DNA from: Gemmatimonadales bacterium
GTDB lineage: Bacteria; Gemmatimonadota; Gemmatimonadetes; Gemmatimonadales; GWC2-71-9
NCBI GenBank assembly: GCA_038258395.1
Contig: JBBSPX010000003.1
Location: 1-39,834, forward strand
Direction: 5' to 3'
Length of the DNA stretch: 39,834 nucleotides
Shown: piece after piece, positions 37,592 through 39,834 of the stretch
Position numbering within the stretch: the first letter of the stretch is position 1
How the letters are laid out: every line of letters starts with the position of its first letter
Translations under genes and position numbers: made by a program
Notes under the pieces: model-generated
Databases searched by the model: none
Told to the model about the DNA's origin: nothing
Seen by the model: only the letters and a program-made list of their open reading frames with translations

Positions 37592-37619
37592 GTAAGGGCG
37601 CAACATGTTGCGCCCCTAC
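37592..37619. repeat. GTAG-type REP-like palindrome
   Basis: Minus strand GTAGGGGCGCAACATGTTGCGCCCTTAC with a perfect 20-bp core, just after a stop codon. Confidence 0.7.
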
Positions 37620-37628
37620 CTCACCGAT

Positions 37629-38303
37629 CTAGTTCACCATGAAATCCGAAATATGCACGTCCAGATTGTGGTTGAGCCGGAGGCCCGCGATCCCCGCCGT
37701 CGAGAAATCAGGGATCTCGCTCGCCGTGAGCGTCTTCACCTCGGTCCCGTTGATCATGAAGTGCAGCATGCCACCAGCGACCCGAATCGCCATCGTGTTG
37801 CTCGCCGCACCGCTGGTCGGGTCTTCCTTGTGGACCGCATCGGTTTCGGTATAAGGCACGAGCGACGTGGGCTTGTCGTCACCGGTCCGATGGTTGATCA
37901 GGAACTTCCCTCCCTGCGGGTGCACCACCATGTAGACGTAGTTCTGATCGGCGCCATGGAGATCATGGCCGCCGACAAACACGCCGTAGGCCTCGTGGCC
38001 GGAGCTCTTGGCCTGACTGATGGTGGCGCTCACGGTGTAATCGCCGGTCGCGTTGTCCAGGGAGCGATAGTAGAGGGCCGCAGGTCCGGAGGTGAGGTGC
38101 CAGCCGGCCCCCATCGCACGAAAATTGACCTCGGTCGGCTTCGGCATCGGGTTGGAGCGGTAGGGCGGATCGAATCGGAGCATCCAGCCGTCCGGCAGGG
38201 CGCCGCCGGTGACCTTGGTGGTGGCGTCGTGATCCTGGGCGGCGAGCACTGGCGGTAAGGCTGCGACGAGGCCGAGCAGCAGGGCAATTCGCGTTGCACG
38301 CAT
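37629..38303 (-). CDS. Secreted beta-sandwich protein (ConA/DUF1080-like)
   Basis: Signal peptide ending LAAQ, beta-rich sequence, F.INGTEV and GIAGLRLNH. Confidence 0.55.
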   Translation of the reverse strand: MRATRIALLLGLVAALPPVLAAQDHDATTKVTGGALPDGWMLRFDPPYRSNPMPKPTEVNFRAMGAGWHLTSGPAALYYRSLDNATGDYTVSATISQAKSSGHEAYGVFVGGHDLHGADQNYVYMVVHPQGGKFLINHRTGDDKPTSLVPYTETDAVHKEDPTSGAASNTMAIRVAGGMLHFMINGTEVKTLTASEIPDFSTAGIAGLRLNHNLDVHISDFMVN

Positions 38304-38432
38304 GAAACACTCCTTCAGATTGTGGATCGAGGGGCCATTGGTACGTCGAAAGATACGCCGCCGGGGAGGTTGTTCCGGCTAAATTTGTCCTGACATCAGG
38401 AGAGACGAGCCATCACCCCTTCTCGAGCACGC

Positions 38433-39104
38433 GTGCGCCCAGAACCGACTGCCCCGATTCGCCTGGTAACCGACGATCTCCTCCCCCCTGCGCCAGCCCC
38501 GCCGACCCTCCCGGCATGGTTCTGGTCCGTGGTGCTCGGCGTTGTGACCCTCGCGTGCGCTGTCGGATGGCTGATCACGCACACGGCCCCGCTCCTCTGG
38601 GGCCTCGTCCCCTATACCATGCTCGGCAACTCGCTGGCGATGATCCCCTACGACTGGTACTTGCCGGCGATCGTGCAGCATCAGCCGGCCCTGCTTGTGG
38701 TGGCGATCGCCACCCTCGCCACGGTGCTGATCGAGTTCTGGAACATGGACGTTATTGCGCGCCTGCTCTCGCGCCAAGGGACGGCGGCGTTCCGGGGCCA
38801 CACCGTCACGACGCGCTTGCTGGGCTGGTACCAAAAGGCGCCGTGGTGGACGCTCGTGGTCGCGGGCTTCGCGCCGGTGATTCCCTTCTATCCCTGCCGG
38901 TTTCTCGCGACGCTGGCACGTTACCCGATGTGGCGATATCAGTCGGCGATCGTGGTCGGGCGATCTGTGCGGTACGCCGTTCTCGCCGGTGCCGGATTGC
39001 TCCTGCCGATTCCCCCGGTCGCCTACTTCGTCGTCGGAGTCGTCCTGCTTGTGGTCTTCGTGACGAAGTACCTGCAGCTCCGCCGCAGCTCCCGGCCAGC
39101 GTGA
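38433..39104 (+). CDS. DedA/VTT (SNARE-associated-like) membrane protein
   Basis: Hydrophobic, with IPYD, PVIPFYPCRFLA and VGRSVRY. The start is uncertain. Confidence 0.7.
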   Translation: MRPEPTAPIRLVTDDLLPPAPAPPTLPAWFWSVVLGVVTLACAVGWLITHTAPLLWGLVPYTMLGNSLAMIPYDWYLPAIVQHQPALLVVAIATLATVLIEFWNMDVIARLLSRQGTAAFRGHTVTTRLLGWYQKAPWWTLVVAGFAPVIPFYPCRFLATLARYPMWRYQSAIVVGRSVRYAVLAGAGLLLPIPPVAYFVVGVVLLVVFVTKYLQLRRSSRPA

Positions 39105-39834
39105 ATCGCGCCCTCCTGCTCCTGATCGATGGCCTCCGGGCCGATGTCGCCGAATCGGAGCTCGCGGCGGGCCGGCTGCCGAATCTGGCTGCACTGACCG
39201 CGCATGGTGCGCGCCGTCGGGCTGCAACGGTGTTTCCGTCGACCACCTCGGTGGCATATTTGCCGTTTCTCACTGGCTGCCTGCCCGGCCGCTGCAACGT
39301 GCCGTCGATTCGCTGGCTCGACCGCGAGCGCTACCGCGGGCGATGGTGGCGCGACCGCGAGGCGGTGCGCAGCTACTGCGGCTACCAGGCCGGCTGTCTC
39401 GACGCCGACATCGCCCCCGACATCGCCACGATCTTCGATCTGGTTCCGGAGAGCGTCGCGATCTTCTCGATGGTGACTCGAGGTCTCGCGGCTGACGCCG
39501 ACCGGATCCAGCGCACGCGCAAGTTCTGGGGGACGGTGTCCCACTACACGGAGAACCACCAGCCGGGCGACGACGCCGTCGCACGGGAACTGCTTCGACT
39601 GACGAGCGCCGACTGGCGATTCTGCTTCGCCCAGTTCCCCGCCGTCGACGGCCACACCCACGCCGAGCATCCGAGCGCGCCACGCGTGCTGGCGTCGCTC
39701 CATCAGGTCGATCGGACCATCGGCGAGGTGATGCGCCGCCTCGATGACGACACACTCCTCATGGTGGTGAGCGACCATGGGGCTGCACCGGTGACCGCGC
39801 ACCTCGACCTGGCGACCTGGTTCAGGGCACGGGG
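39101..39834 (+). CDS. Alkaline-phosphatase-superfamily nucleotide pyrophosphatase/phosphodiesterase, 3'-truncated (absent from the ORF track)
   Basis: GTGA overlap. Translates as MNRALLLLIDGLRAD...TVFPSTT...LTG...PAVDGHTH...VVSDHG. Confidence 0.88.
   Translation, partial: MNRALLLLIDGLRADVAESELAAGRLPNLAALTAHGARRRAATVFPSTTSVAYLPFLTGCLPGRCNVPSIRWLDRERYRGRWWRDREAVRSYCGYQAGCLDADIAPDIATIFDLVPESVAIFSMVTRGLAADADRIQRTRKFWGTVSHYTENHQPGDDAVARELLRLTSADWRFCFAQFPAVDGHTHAEHPSAPRVLASLHQVDRTIGEVMRRLDDDTLLMVVSDHGAAPVTAHLDLATWFRAR

Noticed and set aside
32509-37619. Genomic island or mobile element
   Set aside because: No integrase, transposase, tRNA or direct repeats were seen; only circumstantial accessory content.

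Overview
A GC-rich bacterial window with about 30 real CDSs. A Gemmatimonadota-like origin is my inference from gene style, not something tested. No rRNA, tRNA, CRISPR array or transposase was seen. Layout: (1) 1-11.6 kb and 17.4-20.7 kb, a cell-surface glycosylation cluster (GH30-like enzyme, two GT-C-like membrane proteins, YbhN/LPG-synthase-TM proteins with one fused to a methyltransferase, NDP-sugar epimerase, two GT4, FkbM, FAD oxidoreductase, GT2). (2) 11.6-17.4 kb, a sulfur module sitting inside that cluster: a Tat-exported DsrE-like protein, two tandem-duplicated membrane-anchored beta-propellers resembling tetrathionate hydrolase (TetH) but with His at the catalytic Asp position, and a convergent lipoprotein thiosulfate dehydrogenase TsdA. 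Five sigma54-like -24/-12 motifs precede transcription units in 10.5-20.8 kb. (3) 21.0-32.5 kb, a tightly coupled catabolic operon (M28 peptidase, creatininase-like, ketopantoate-reductase-like, SDR, M20 dipeptidase, APC permease, CocE/NonD, GH95). (4) 32.5-39.8 kb: a Sec-secreted protein with a T3SS-needle-like C-terminus, a large secreted GH-like protein, a hipBA-type toxin-antitoxin pair, a REP-like palindrome, and a DedA/VTT plus phosphodiesterase pair. The best candidate for an undescribed system is the DsrE-like/TetH-like x2/TsdA module. All family calls come from motif recognition without database searches.
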